Positions 35,641 through 50,502 of a DNA stretch of 64,000 bases are shown piece by piece (within the stretch, counting starts at the first letter, position 1; each line of letters starts with the position of its first letter). The position numbers were made by a program, and so were the translations under genes. Origin of the DNA: Azolla caroliniana (lineage: Eukaryota; Plantae; Polypodiophyta); the NCBI GenBank assembly GCA_043228905.1, contig JBHGNT010000001.1, forward strand, positions 35,526,001-35,590,000. The letters are read 5' to 3'. The notes beneath the pieces are model-generated. The model saw only the letters and a list, made by a program, of their open reading frames with translations, was not told where the DNA came from and searched no databases.

Positions 35641-38401
35641 ATGGATACTAAATCCACTGATTCTCTTACACTAATCACCATCACCATCTTCTTCTTCTGT
35701 TTCGGTTTATCAAGCCATGGAAGATGCCTTGCTGCTGCCCCAAAAAACCTGACCAGTGGATCCTCCCTTTCCCTTAACGAGACCATCCAATCCCCGAGTG
35801 GGCTCTTCCAATTCGGATTCTTCGCAATGCCGCAAGGATCATCTTCCATGTACTTGGGCGTCTTCTACAACCAAGTGACGGTGAAGGAGCTGGTGTCCAT
35901 ATGGGTTGCCAACAGGAATCAGTCCTTAAGCACAGATGCCACTTTCACTTTCACAGAGGAAGGCAACCTCACACTGAAAGATCGACAAGGAGGCAGTATT
36001 ATATGGCAAATCGGAGCCGGGAACTTGCTCCAGCTCCTCGATTCCGGAAACCTAATTCTAGGAACATCCAATGCTTCGTCAGAGACCATAGTTTGGCAGA
36101 GCTTCGAGCATCCGGGCAATACATGGATGCCGACTGGGAGCATCGGTCCACACCAGAAATTGGAGTCGTGGAGAAATGCGAGCGACCCAAGGCCAGGTCC
36201 ATACTCTCTCGTAATGGGGAACAACAGCAATTTCATACTCTTGTACAACGATTCGATCCAATACTGGGATAGCGGCGCATGGAATGGTGCCATTTTCTCG
36301 AACGTCCCCGAGATGACTGCTAACTACATCTTCAACTTTAGCTTCAGCAACATCACAGGGTTCACATGGTCAGTTTACCCTGCGTATGGCGATAAGTATA
36401 ATAACTCTAGGTTTGTGATGCAAGAAGACGGCCTGGTGGCCGAATCGAGCTATGATAAGAGCCAAAACAGTTGGGATATCTTCTGGACAAAGCCTAACCA
36501 GCACTGTGATGTGATAAGGTATTGTGGCCAGAACTCCATCTGTAACAACAATGTGGATCCTCATTGCAGTTGCCCAACAGGCTTCAAATCTGTGGATCAA
36601 ACAGAATGGGGCAATCAGATCTTTCAGAAAGGTTGTGAGAGGGCTTCCCCCTTGGATTGCCCACTGAACCAGACAACTACTAGTACTGATGGATTTCTTG
36701 TCTTTAACAAGACCAGTTTCTCTGGTTGGGCCTATACCTCCTCTCAGGTCGTGGCTGATGAGGGAACCTGCAAAACGAAGTGCCTCTCCGACTGTTCTTG
36801 CGATGGTTTCTACTTCCTTCAAGCAGTAGGAAGCGCGCGTGGGAATTGCTCTCTCTTCAGCGGGAGCATCTACGGTGGAACAGTGGATTCCACATCCCAA
36901 GGCTCTTATTACATCAGGATTTCGGCACAGTACCTCAACTCCCAGGCCCCTCCGAGTGAATCCAAGGGCAAATCCAGAAGCGGCTTGATAGCCGCCATAG
37001 CCGTGGGCGGGGCTGCGGTGATCGGGGTTCTGTGCCTGGCCATGATTGTGGTCATTCTGGAGAGGAGGAGGAGGAGGAGGCTGAGTGCGGCCAAGACGCC
37101 CGAGGCGGGGTTGCGGGCCTTCTCGTATGCGGAGCTTCATGCCGCCACCAAGGGCTTCAAGGAGAAGCTCGGGAGCGGGGGCTTCGGGGTGGTTTTCCGA
37201 GGAGTGGTCGGTGCCGGGGATGCCGGTGCCGGTGATGGAAAAAAGGAAGAGGAGGAAGAGGAGGAGCTGGGCAAGAGGCCGATCCGGGCCGCCTCGGGCC
37301 CTTCCTTGCTCGTGGCGGTGAAAATGCTCCACCGGCTGGACGAAGGCGATAAGCAGTTCCGCGCGGAGGTGCGGACGATCGGGACGATCCAGCACGTGAA
37401 CCTCGTCCGCCTCCTCGGCTTCTGCTCCGAGGGCAAGCACCGCCTCCTCGTCTACGAGATGGCCGAGAACGGGTCCCTCGACCACCTCCTGTTCAATGGG
37501 AAGCCCGCATCGTCCGTGTCCATCCTGCCATGGGCGAGACGCTTCCAGATCGCGCTCGGGGCCGCGCGTGGGGTCGCGTACCTCCATGAATCCTGCCGTG
37601 AGTGCATCATTCACTGCGACATTAAACCCGAGAACATCCTCCTTGATGCCACTTTCATGGTCAAGGTCGCCGACTTCGGGCTCGCCAAGCTTGTGGGCCG
37701 CGAGTTCAGCCACGTGCTCACGACCCTCCGCGGCACCCGTGGCTACCTCGCCCCCGAATGGATCGCCGGCATGCCCATAACCTCCAAGGCCGACGTTTAC
37801 AGCTTCGGGATGACCATGCTCGAGATCATCAGTGGGCAACGCAATATCCGAGACAACGTGCAATCGTATTCATCTTTCTTCCCCCTTGCGGCCGCCAAGA
37901 TTATTCACCAACCCGACGCCGACTTAGCATCTCTTGTGGACCCTCGGCTAGAAGGTATGTATGAACTTTGCCAACTTAATCACACAAGTTTCTAGGTTGT
38001 GCTAGTCTTCGTTTTGGCATTGTGTGGTTGGAAGGAGGTTTGTGGAGAGAAATAATTTGGGATTGAGGGAGGGGGGGCAACTTTGTTTTAACTTGCAAAT
38101 AAAACCTAGAGGCCATTGAGTCACTAATGATCTCGATTTCATATTTGCATTGCGCTCCACAGGTAACTTTGACATGGAACAACTTGAAAGAATGTTGTAT
38201 TGTGCAATTTGGTGCATCCAAGATAATGAAGATGCTCGACTCTCGATGGGTAAGGTGGTACAAATCCTTGAAGGAAGCATATCGGTAGACATTCCACCTA
38301 TTCCCACATCATTACAATGTTTGCTCGAATCGGATAGCTTTGTGAAAGAAACGCCCTTTATATCCACATCCTATGAAGATTCGTCATCCTATCCAACTTG
38401 A
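35641..38401 (+). CDS. G-type lectin S-receptor-like Ser/Thr kinase (SD-2 type, ~850 aa; exons 35641-37954 and 38163-38401)
   Basis: Signal peptide, bulb lectin (IWVANRN, LLDSGNL, WQSFEHP), S-locus glycoprotein, EGF and PAN Cys patterns, and a TM segment. Kinase motifs are GSGGFG, VAVK, HCDIKPEN, DFGLAK and RGYLAPEW. The GT-AG intron 37955-38162 keeps frame. Confidence 0.95.
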
Positions 38402-40060
38402 GATCAACTTTGTTTTAATTTTTGAATTGCCCATAAGAATGTGTGTACTTGTATGTATAAAATGTAAACTCTCCCCCTCCCAAACAAAAGAAAAGGAATA
38501 AATTTTGGATTACTAAATCACTGGTTAAATATTCCATAGGATTTTTCGTTGTATTATATGTACATACAAGTTATAAGTGAGGATTTTCAAGCAATCAAAC
38601 TTTTACATAGTAAGAGGATCACAATGATGTCTAAATGTAATTTTTTCATCTGACACATTTATAAACGAATCTAATCTTATCTAAGCATGCTTGGAATTCA
38701 GTTTCTCCTTATACGATGGTTTGTTTTAGAATGTAGATTATGATTGAGCATGCTTGTACCATTCATCTGAAAATATCTCTACTCTCAATCATCCAAAATT
38801 TCGTTAACAATGTCTCACAATCTTGTCTTGGAGAGATGGACGTGTATTTTGAGCATTTCGAGAAAGATGAAGAATGTTTTGGAAATTTCGTGAAGGTTTT
38901 ATAGATTGTTAAATTTCCCAATTTTGTTTATTCACAAAAAGATGTTGTACCACAAATCACAGAACTTTTAGCATATTGCCATCAAGTATTAGCCTACGCT
39001 ACTATAACCTTTGAATATGCATGTGTGAAAGCTACCTAGTGAGTCACGACAACTAGCATACACATCAAAGCACAAACAGGGCGGCAACAACAATGATGCT
39101 GACGACATCTCCACCTCTCTAATAACTTGAGCTCCTTTGTCCCAAACCTCTCTCTCTATGGCATCTTCACTCACACCCTCTTCTCCACTCAACATGTCCC
39201 TCCATCTGCCACTCTTGTAATCTCGTTTAAGTGTACCTACGAGTTCACTTCCTAAGTGGATGTTAATGAGTTGCTTGATAGTGTTGATGAAATTAGTTAG
39301 TGTGGAAGAGATAGGAACACTGTGTGCAATGAAATCTATAAGGTTATGCCATATGGAACTATGTCTCCTTAGTTCATTGTGTGCAATGAGGAACGTGATA
39401 CATTATCACCACCCAATATGCAACCTTTCTTATGTGTGTGATCACCCAAGTATGGCAACACCCTATACACATGGAATTCCATGGACCATGTGTTCCATTA
39501 TTGAAGTCACCACCCATGCCCAACCCACATACTATCCCATCCTTACAATCCATTATGCAAATTCTAAACTTCGAATTAAACATATTGGCCACACTCACCA
39601 AGTCACGACATACATCTTTACTCATCGTGATAGATTATTTTGCAATATTTTACATCTATTTGGTTTGACATTCCTCATAGATATGTTTCTTGTTTTACTC
39701 AAGAATGTGCAACTAGTTGGTTTGGGAATTAAGTCTTGATTGCTCACTTCTATCCCACCACCGTTGCTTGGAAAACGAATGGAACAAACCTCCCTTTTAC
39801 CATGTTACACACAATCGAATTAATGAAGAAGAAAGGGAACCAATTAACGATGTTGTTCTTTCCTAACCATGGCCCTAGGCCCAGCAAGTCTTTTGTGCTT
39901 TTCTCCTCATCACACATACCACACAAACTCTTCACAGTTCGAAGAGTCAAAAACATCACTTTGAGAGGAAACCAGAATGTTTGATTTCATGGGATTATAA
40001 CTGAGAACTGTTGGCTCCATTCCCCCACCCTTCGAACTCATCTCTCCAATTACCAATTCG

Positions 40061-40108
<48 letters not shown>

Positions 40109-40155
40109 TATATACACACATAAGCGTTTGATCTGCAGCGTTAAGCTTGGTTTAC

Positions 40156-43100
40156 ATGGCTATGGCTAAGGGTGCTTCTCTCAAACATCCTCTTCTCTTC
40201 TCTTTGTCTCTGCAATCATCACCTCAACATAGGTGGCTACAACAGCCAAGTTACAGAGGAAGAACAATCAGAAGACATCTGCATCTTACGTGCTCTGCCC
40301 CTGCTGACTTTCATAAACAGTAAGTTCTACCCTTCCTTTTTCATCACTTACTAAAACATGCAAAATTCTAAATGCCCATTTCATTAAATAAAAGCAAAAG
40401 AAAAATGCAAACATCAAGAGCCCATTTCATCAAAATTGTCCACATGAAGTGCTCAGTTCATTAGAATTGCAAACACTATGTACCGATTTGATTAAAATTG
40501 CAAATATCAAGTGTCCATTTCATTAAATATCCAGACACTAATTGCCCATTTCATTCCACTAAGTACCTGCTTCATTAAGTATGCAAACACTAAATGTCCA
40601 TCCCATTAAGTATCCAAACATTGTGTGCCCATTTCATTAAATATACAAACACTAAGTGCCGATTTTGTTAAATATGCCAACATCAAGTGCCTATGGCATT
40701 AAATGTGCAAACACTAAGTACCCATCTCATTAAACATGCCAACAATAAATACACATTTCATTAACAATGTGAATGTATCTTCGACTATAAATTGACTTTA
40801 CCTGAATTCTTTGAATAAATATTTATGAAATAACTATTTATTAGTTTATTTGCTAAGCACAGTATATCCTTCACTACAAGTGCGAATAGTCAGTACCCAT
40901 TTCTTTAAAAACGTGAATTTGTATTTACCCCCAAATTTTGCTGTTTTTAGTAGCATGATTTGAATGAATATTTGTGTGATTATAAATGTAAAATCCTAAG
41001 GTTTCTTATCATGTAGCAAAATATTTATTAAATGGACTTGGTTTCATAATAGATATCATTGCTAAGTACATTATCCCTCCAGTATAATCTGATTCTACAA
41101 TGCTAGAGATAATGTAGAAGTTTGGGAGTTGCACCATTGATTCCATTGACATGTTTTAAGGCACCAATTAGATACATGTTTAGAGTTATCAGGCTCATTA
41201 GATTACTCTCGTTGATATCAATATCTGGAGGATGCTAGAGGAACAATGAGAGGGAAGTTTTATTGCACCTTTAGTAATCCATGTACAAACTGTGAAGGTA
41301 TCAAGCTTCGTAGGTTCATCTCTCTTTTTTTCTTTTGAGAGGGCATGCTAGAATGATCAATGCAATGTGAAATATATTTATGCCAGCATGTATAAATACA
41401 TATTTGATTCAATATGCTATGTTTTTCGTTCATAGTCGCTATATGCGTAAAAAACAAATTTGTCCTCATCCAGAAATGCTTGAGAAGTATCACCCTTCGC
41501 ATGGACACCAATGTGGCAATAGGTTTGTCGTTTTGTATGCATGGTTAAAATGCTTCTACAGATTCTTTCATGAAATCAATATATTTGTTTTTGTCACTTT
41601 AGAATATGAAAATGAAGGTGGTGCTCATATGATTTCAATTCTGCAAAAATAGTGTGTAGAGTCTAGTCATAGGATTAATTTGGTTTTCATAACATTTTTT
41701 TATTGTGGTTCTTCAATTTCATGTCTGCAAAAGAGAATAGAGTATAGACATAGGTTTCGTCTTAGACATTCTGGCAGAGTTATTAACTCATGAAATCAAT
41801 GTAATCCATCTTTGGCATTTCCAAGAAATTCCAATGAATTGATGTTGTTATTGCTATAGTTCGACACTTTTGTTTATTAGAAGAATGTGTTTGTCTGAAA
41901 CATCAATATATGAGCTCATCTATCGTCACCCTTGCAAGTATAGTAGGAGATCCATGCACACTTTTTACCCTTGACTTGTTCTTAAATAATGGTCTATCTT
42001 TATGGTGATTGCATTGGCTTACCAATTCAGAAATTTCTGAGGTTCACCCACATCAATGCAAAACCTATGGCAGCTACCACAGTGCTAATGGCATTGATTT
42101 TTGAAACTTTGAATTTTTAAAGGTATGTCATCGTTGGAGGGGGGAATTCAGCTGGCTATGCAGCACGGGCCTTTTTGGAGCATGGTGTTGCGGGCGAGAA
42201 CCTCTGTATTATATCAAAAGAGGTATATGTATATGTATTACTTGGTCCAAACAATTGTTTGGTATGCACCACCAGACAATGGCGTTTTTAGCATGATTAA
42301 AAGAGGTATGTGTGCATGTATTACTTTTAGTTCTCTTATCATGATGAAAATTTGTGTAATTGTGTGATAAATCATTTTTTTGAATCTTTTAATTAAGTAA
42401 TGTTTAAGTTTATGTTTTTGGTGTGATGTTGATGTGAAACAAACTGATGTATATCTGTATTGTGGTTTTGATATGGAAATGATAACATAACTATTCAAAT
42501 TTATTTAAAATGTTTATGGTTGAAGTGCAGAAGGTTGCACCATATGAACGGCCAGCATTGACTAAGGCATTCCTGTTTCCATTAGACAAAAATCCTGCAA
42601 GGCTTCCAGTTAAGAAATATCCACTATATTTTCTTGTAGATAGTGGCCAGTAGAATTACAATTATTGCAGATTTTGCCTTTCCTAGTTCATAAAAATATC
42701 TGAAATTGCAAATAGGGATTCCATACATGTGTTGGAACTGGTAACCCTCGTCAGACTGATGAATGGTACAAGGAAAAGGGTATTGATGTAAGGCCCTTGG
42801 TATTTAAATATATTTATGTATCATTTGGCATATGCTATTATGACTGAAAGGGTTATGACACTTTTGTTTTTGTTTTTGCGAAGGTCCTCTATGACGTCTC
42901 AGTAACTGGCATAAATGTAAAGACAAAGATGCTTTCGACATCTGTAGGAACACATATAAGCCATGACGATGCCATAATTGCCACTGGAGCTATTGCAGCA
43001 AGGTACGTCCTACCCTCTCAATGAGTATCTGGAATTCCAGAAAAATACCGAATTTATCATGTTGTGATGAATCATATATATCCAAACATCTAACAGTACC

Positions 43101-45955
43101 AGAGTCAAAGACATAATTGCAGAAGCTTAAGACTTCTTGATACCTTCCTATTCTTCATGTTGTTAAAATACAACTACTTACATAAAATTTCAATATGTGA
43201 ACCATATAATATTCATTGTACTTGTGGAATAAAGTGATATCTAAACCTTCTCCCCATGGTTCTTACTTTGCAGGTTGCCTAAAGAAATTGGAGGAGATCT
43301 GCTTGGTGTCCAATACATCCGCGATGTCGAAGATGCAATTGCGTTGGTGGAGTCATTTGTAAGTTTTGTCTACTTCTCTCCTTGAAACGTGAAGATGAAA
43401 GCTGAACAAAGACCATTCTTTGTGCAACAAAGCTAGATTTTCATGGTACTAGTTTGAAACACCTTGTCAACTACTACTAAGCTCAGAAATTTTCTTTTAC
43501 TCCACATATAAGTTTCACAAATCAGGGTAAATAGTATAGTTCAGTGGAAAGCATTATATGCAGATAAAACTTAATATTGGATTCCATAGAACAATAAGCA
43601 TGTAAATCTAGGACATGCATGTGATGTCATGGATAATCCTGGAGAGGGCACATTATTAACATTATTCGTGTATAACTTCACAGAAAAAATGCAAGAAATT
43701 GGTGGTTATTGGAGGAGGATACATTGGAATGGAGGTTGCTGCTGCAGCTAGTGCTTGGAATCTCGACACTACGGTAGAATAAATGCTATTGAATGCTTTA
43801 ACATTGTTTATGGAACTTTTCTGATTGATCGACGATAAACGAAATTCCATTTTTCCATGTGTTAGGTGATTTTCCCTGAGGCACATATTATGCCACGTCT
43901 TTTTACTCCTACAATTGCCAAAAAATATGAAGATCTGTACCAGAAGAATGGTGTGAAGTTCATCAAGGTAATAAAAATTCTCAAAAAGGGTTTTGGGTTT
44001 GGATTTTGCCAGCTCTTTGCGGAGGAATTATATGAGGAGCCTAGTTTTCTCTCGTTTTATTAGCCAGATCTTTGCAGAGGAATTATATTAGGAGCATCGC
44101 TTTCTCTCATCTATTTTTGCACGCAGATATACAGATATAGCTTATCCCCTTGGGAACCTTGTAGCAAGTAAAACTGCAGAATGATGTCTAGTCTTATATT
44201 AAGTTCCACCTGTAAAAGATTTGATATCAGGACACACATAATGATATGATTCCTGATTGAATTATTGAATCTCTTAAGGGCAGTATAGTCCAGAATTGGG
44301 TGATATTGTAAACTGTTTGATCAATATTGATTTGAATCATGCCCTGTCATCCAGTTTAATATGGAGTGATGCTGCTATTGTCCATAAAAAAAAGAGTCTC
44401 TTTCATCTAAAATTATGTGAACAATGGGATGTGGTCTCACAGTGCTCAATCTCATCTCTGCCTTCAATGTAGGGTGTAACTGTAAAGAGAATAAGATCAT
44501 CAAATGGAGAAGAGGTTTCTGGTGTTGAATTGTCAAGTGGAGATATTCTCAATGCAGATACGGTAAGGTGATAATCACATGCGGTGTACATCAGATTCAT
44601 ATCATCATACCTATACTTCATGAGATTTCTTTTATGCCAGGTTGTAGTTGGAATTGGTGCTAAACCCACCATCAGCCCATTTATAGATTCAGGTCTTCAT
44701 ATGGCAGAAGGCGGAATCCAGGTAATACATACATTTGATGTCTTCTATAGCTCCATGGAGTCCGTCTCAAGCGTATTTACTATATGAAATATCATTAACA
44801 AAGTTTTAATGCATCTTTCTTCAGATTAAGTAGCCTTCTAACTTTTTATGTATCATAAGTTTCAAAACTCCGTAAATTTATTGATAGGTAAATGGTCAAT
44901 TTAGGACAAGCTGTCCTGGTGTTTGGGCAATTGGTGATGTTGCCACCTTTCCTTTGAAGGTATTAAGCATGTATAGCAATGGATTTTGTTCAAACACAAT
45001 GTGATTCTTGATTCTAGAGGTTATTATGTTTCTTATTTTCTCCTGTCATTGTTATTGGAATTCTTGGCAGATGTACAACAGAATCACGCGAGTGGAGCAT
45101 GTCGATCATGCTCGAAAGTCAGCTCAGCATTGTGTAGACTCCTTGGTAGGAGGGAAGAGCGATGAGTAAGCATTTAGAATATATCATTCTTTTTGTTCTT
45201 TTTAACAAATGAATGATTAATCACGTGACTCATTCAGGTATGATTATTTACCGTTCTTCTATTCTCGGGTTTTCGAGCACCGCGACAGTGACAGAAAAAT
45301 ATGGTGGCAATTCTATGGAGACAATGGTACTAAGCTTTATTGGAATCCCAAACCACAGTAGATTATTATGATTTGTTTTTTTTATTACCTTCTAACGCAT
45401 AATTGGGAGAACTTCATCATCCATAATTTGTGCTGTCATGGGTTTAAACTACTGGACCAATGCCCTAATATGAGTTTTTATATGAAGACGTTTTTTTATT
45501 TTTGTTTCATTTCTCCAGTTGGGGAGGTTGTAGAAGTTGGCAATTTCAACCCCAAATATGCGGCCTTTTGGATTGATTCAGGTTCGTGGAATCCGTTTCT
45601 ATATATATGGAAATATTAATGAATCTGACTTACATAGGTACACATATATTTACATATGGCTTAACTTTTTCAGGAAGATTGAAAGGAGTATTTCTTGAAA
45701 GTGGTACTTCTGAGGTGAAAGTCAATTTATAGTATGAAAATTAAAGACAATTTGAGATGAACGTTTGGAATAACTAAATATGAGTGATGATGTTTGAAAA
45801 GTGGATGTTTTATCATTTTGTGATTTTTAATGTAGGAATTTGGATCTCTCATGAAGCTTGCCAGGCATCAGCCTAAATTAGATGCCAAGGAATTACAACA
45901 AGCATTCTCTGTGGAGGAGGCTTTATCTATCAATTTAGCAGCTTTACAAAAATAA
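40156..45955 (+). CDS. MDAR: Monodehydroascorbate reductase, plastid/mitochondrial type (~16 exons)
   Basis: A transit-peptide exon (40156-40319) is followed by YVIVGGGNSAGYAA, APYERPALTK, GFHTCVG, VVIGGGYIGMEVAAAA, RVEHVDHARKSAQHCV, YDYLPFFYSRVFE and WWQFYGDN. These are collinear with Arabidopsis MDAR5/6, with stop TAA at 45953-45955. Confidence 0.95.
40365..40770. repeat. Degenerate 31-bp minisatellite (~12-13 copies) in MDAR intron 1
   Basis: Consensus is approximately caaacactaagtgcccatttcattaaatatg, recurring with a 31-bp period. Confidence 0.85.
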
Positions 45956-46769
45956 TGAAGACTTTATTTTAAAGAAAAAAAACACCACCTGGGTGTCTTT
46001 TGAAGAGAAATGTAAAAATTAGATGAATAAGTCTAGTTGTTGCTAATACCTTACTCTTAAGAACTAAAAAAATCAGGTATCATGGCTCTGAAGCCAAGCT
46101 TTCATTGCTCATTGCAATATCTTTATTCTGAACCCATCCCCTAAACATTCCAACTAAAAAAAATTCACATCTTCAATTCCATTCTCTTTTGCATGAAAGC
46201 TTGGCTTCGGAGGAGGATCGCATTATCTGTTTGGCTGTGCAGAATTCTGCTGCTGTTGGAATGAGCACTTATTTGGGATTTTTCTCCGTCTATGTGGGCT
46301 CTAAGCCGATGAACTGGTTTATCATGAAGGCCTTCATGAGGAAAAAGGGGTTGGTGGGTTTTATGTGGCCCTATGGTGAAACTCATATTTTGAGCAATGT
46401 GGGATGGATTGCCTTCAATGAGATGTTTTCATAAAATTTTGGTAATGTGGTTGGCCATCAATCTAGTAGTCTTTGTCGATTGGGAATACCCCCACATGAC
46501 TCAATGAAGTTATGATCATTAAATTCGTTTCTATAATAGTTCCACACTTTCAATTCAATATAAAAGGTAAGGTAGGGAGTGAAACCTTTGTGAAACCCAA
46601 AATAAAGCGTACAAAGAAAAAACATATATTCGATCATTGATCTATTGGTGGACAATTTGTTCCACTAGCCTTTTATATATGTTCTTTACAAATTTCATGA
46701 CTCGTGGGAACCGTTAGAGCTAGTTCCTAATGTAAGCATGAGATAAGGAAATGGATTAGGTAGAAAAGA

Positions 46770-47562
46770 AAGGAGAGAGAGAAAGAAGGGTGCCGATCCA
46801 CTCGAGCAAAGGTATGTTACGGGCATGACCACACTTTATCCACATGTACTGAATACTACGGTACAATCTTACCATGGGATATTATATGGTCATGCTTGTA
46901 ACAGGAACCTTCCACCATCTCTTTGGAACTTGCTTATATGATGCCCAGACTATGTTTTGTATCGGCCATGAGAACCTATTAATTCAGTGCAATCATCGAT
47001 AACATTAAGATGCACCATCCATGATCTCCAAACAAGTTATATTCATGCATTTAGATGTTGACGATCTCCCTCAATCTTATGATGGATCATAGTGTTGGTT
47101 ACTTTCATTTTGGTTTCATGAGTCAATGCAAGCTTTTTGATCATGGTAGTGTTCTCTCCTTTTGATGTAAGGAGAGAGAGAAAGAAGGGTGCCGATCCAC
47201 TCGAGCAAAGGTATGTTATGGGCATGGCCGCACTTTATCCACATGTACTGAACACTATGGTACAATCTTACCATGGGATATTATATGGTCATGCTTGTAA
47301 CAGGAACCTTCCACCATCTCTTTGGAACTTGCTTGTATGATGCCCATACTATGCTTGTATCGGCCATGAGAACTTGTTAATTCAATGCATTCATCGATAA
47401 CATTAAGATGCACCATCCATGATCTCCAAACAAGTTGTATTCATGCATTTAGATGTTGACGATCTCCTTCAATCTTATGATGGATCATAGTGTTGGTTGC
47501 TTTCATTTTGGTTTCACGACTCAATGCAAGCTTTTTGATCATGGTAGGGTCCTCTCCTTTTA
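46770..47562. repeat. Tandem duplication, ~399-bp unit x2, lightly diverged
   Basis: aggagagaga...gaaagaagggtgccgatccactcgagcaaaggtatgtt starts at ~46771 and ~47170. Both units end caatgcaagctttttgatcatggtag. Confidence 0.93.
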
Positions 47563-48204
47563 GATTTAGTGGTAAAGTACCCACTGAGGTTCTCTAATTC
47601 TATTATTGCATTTGATATCACCATGGAAATTTTGGCAACCTCTTTTAAAGTCACCCTTGGTTTTGTCTCTAGTCTCTATGGAACTCAAGTTTTTTCGTTG
47701 TATGTCACCATGGTTTCATTGGAGGTCATTGAGACTTTAGTAGAAATCCCATGAGTTCTCCCTGAATTTGATGTGATTATGTTGATACGCACCTTTTCTT
47801 TGGGGAAGTCCTCATAGTTGAATTAGAAGTTTTTGTTGTCTTGGGTAGGCTTTATTCCCATGGATGTTTGTCGAGACATTTGTTTTTATCATTGTCGATG
47901 ATGATGTCAGGTTCATCGAACGATGTGGGAAAATGAAACCAACTCCTTTTGATTCATGATACGCCATTTCCTCCAATGGGCAAACTGTCATCAAACCTAG
48001 AGCACTACCGAATTTTATTTATAGATGCTAGCCGACAACACATTCATTTGACGATAAGAAATCTAATATGTAGAGTGGAGGAAGAAAGCAGAGTGGGCAT
48101 AAACTTGTCCCAACGCATTACAAGCATGGAACAACTTGATGAGCACACATAGAGTCTGAAAGAGTGATCATGATAACTTGGCGGCCGTATTGCAATGGTG
48201 ATTT

Positions 48205-48345
48205 CATGGGCCAGGAGGTGAATGTAAAGAAAAGGTGATTGGGGGCGATCCATGGGACATGGGATGGTGGAAGGAAGGCCCAACGGTGTGTGTACAACGG
48301 CCTCCGGCTCTACGTGTGAAACCGTCTGTCCGATATAAACCCTAA
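48205..48345 (+). promoter_or_regulatory. RPS13 promoter: site II motifs, TATA-like sequence and telo-box
   Basis: TGGGCC at ~48207, GGCCCA at ~48278, and gatataaa overlapping AAACCCTAA at 48337-48345. The site II plus telo-box pairing is established for plant ribosomal protein genes. Confidence 0.75.
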
Positions 48346-48457
48346 TTCTTAGCAGAGATAAGACCTTCTCTTTCGTGCTTCGCTGCGGCAGTATCAGACA
48401 GGGAAAAGAGCGAGAAGACCCAGGCCGCAGTCGTCGTCATCAAGCTCATCGTCCACC

Positions 48458-49884
<1,427 letters not shown>

Positions 49885-50502
49885 TTTTCTTTCATTGCTT
49901 TTGTAGGGTTGAAAGCTTCTCCAATTAAATTTTGACAGTGCTGTACGGTTCAATGAACAATGTTTTGGTAGAATGCAAATTATATGCTGAATTGTTTTGG
50001 TTTATTTAAAAATGTAGTGCATCTTTTATACTGTTCATGCATATTGGGAGATAATGTTTCGATTTGTGGAGTGAAGATGATGTTATCAATCAGTGAGTGA
50101 TTTCATGGAACTGCTTTGCTGTATCCATTTAGATTATAATTGACCGGAGTTTTTCTGAAAAAGTTAACCCTCTGGTTCTATGGTTAACTGTTTGCTGGAA
50201 ATGCCAAAAATTGCTTTGATCTTTTTGATAATGTTTGATATGAATGGGTCATATGGTAAAACAAAGTGTAACCAATACAGAAATGTGGTTTTTTACATTT
50301 GTTTGTTTTTGCTCAGTTGCACTCTGATATGAACGATTTGGTTTTTAGGGCAGTCTCTTTGTAATCTACGAAAGATGATGTAGTGATTATATTACTAAAT
50401 TGATTTAAAGACAATAGTTGTTATCAAGTGTGAACAACTCAAAACTGTGGTCTTTTAAGTGATCTGACTACCTCATGTGTATGAGCCATTGAATGAGATA
50501 TA

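Noticed and set aside
36370-37863. 497-aa antisense ORF
   Set aside because: Shadow ORF caused by the high GC3 of the kinase gene on the opposite strand; no recognisable domain.
39260-39739. 159-aa ORF between the RLK and MDAR genes
   Set aside because: No recognisable domain and a composition typical of decayed intergenic/TE sequence.
46189-46434. 81-aa ORF faintly like a LINE endonuclease
   Set aside because: No diagnostic GDFN/SDH motifs; too weak to call.
50070-50470. Box C/D-like motifs (ATGATG...CTGA) downstream of RPS13
   Set aside because: Imperfect boxes, no terminal stem or recognisable rRNA-antisense element, and such motifs are expected by chance in AT-rich DNA.
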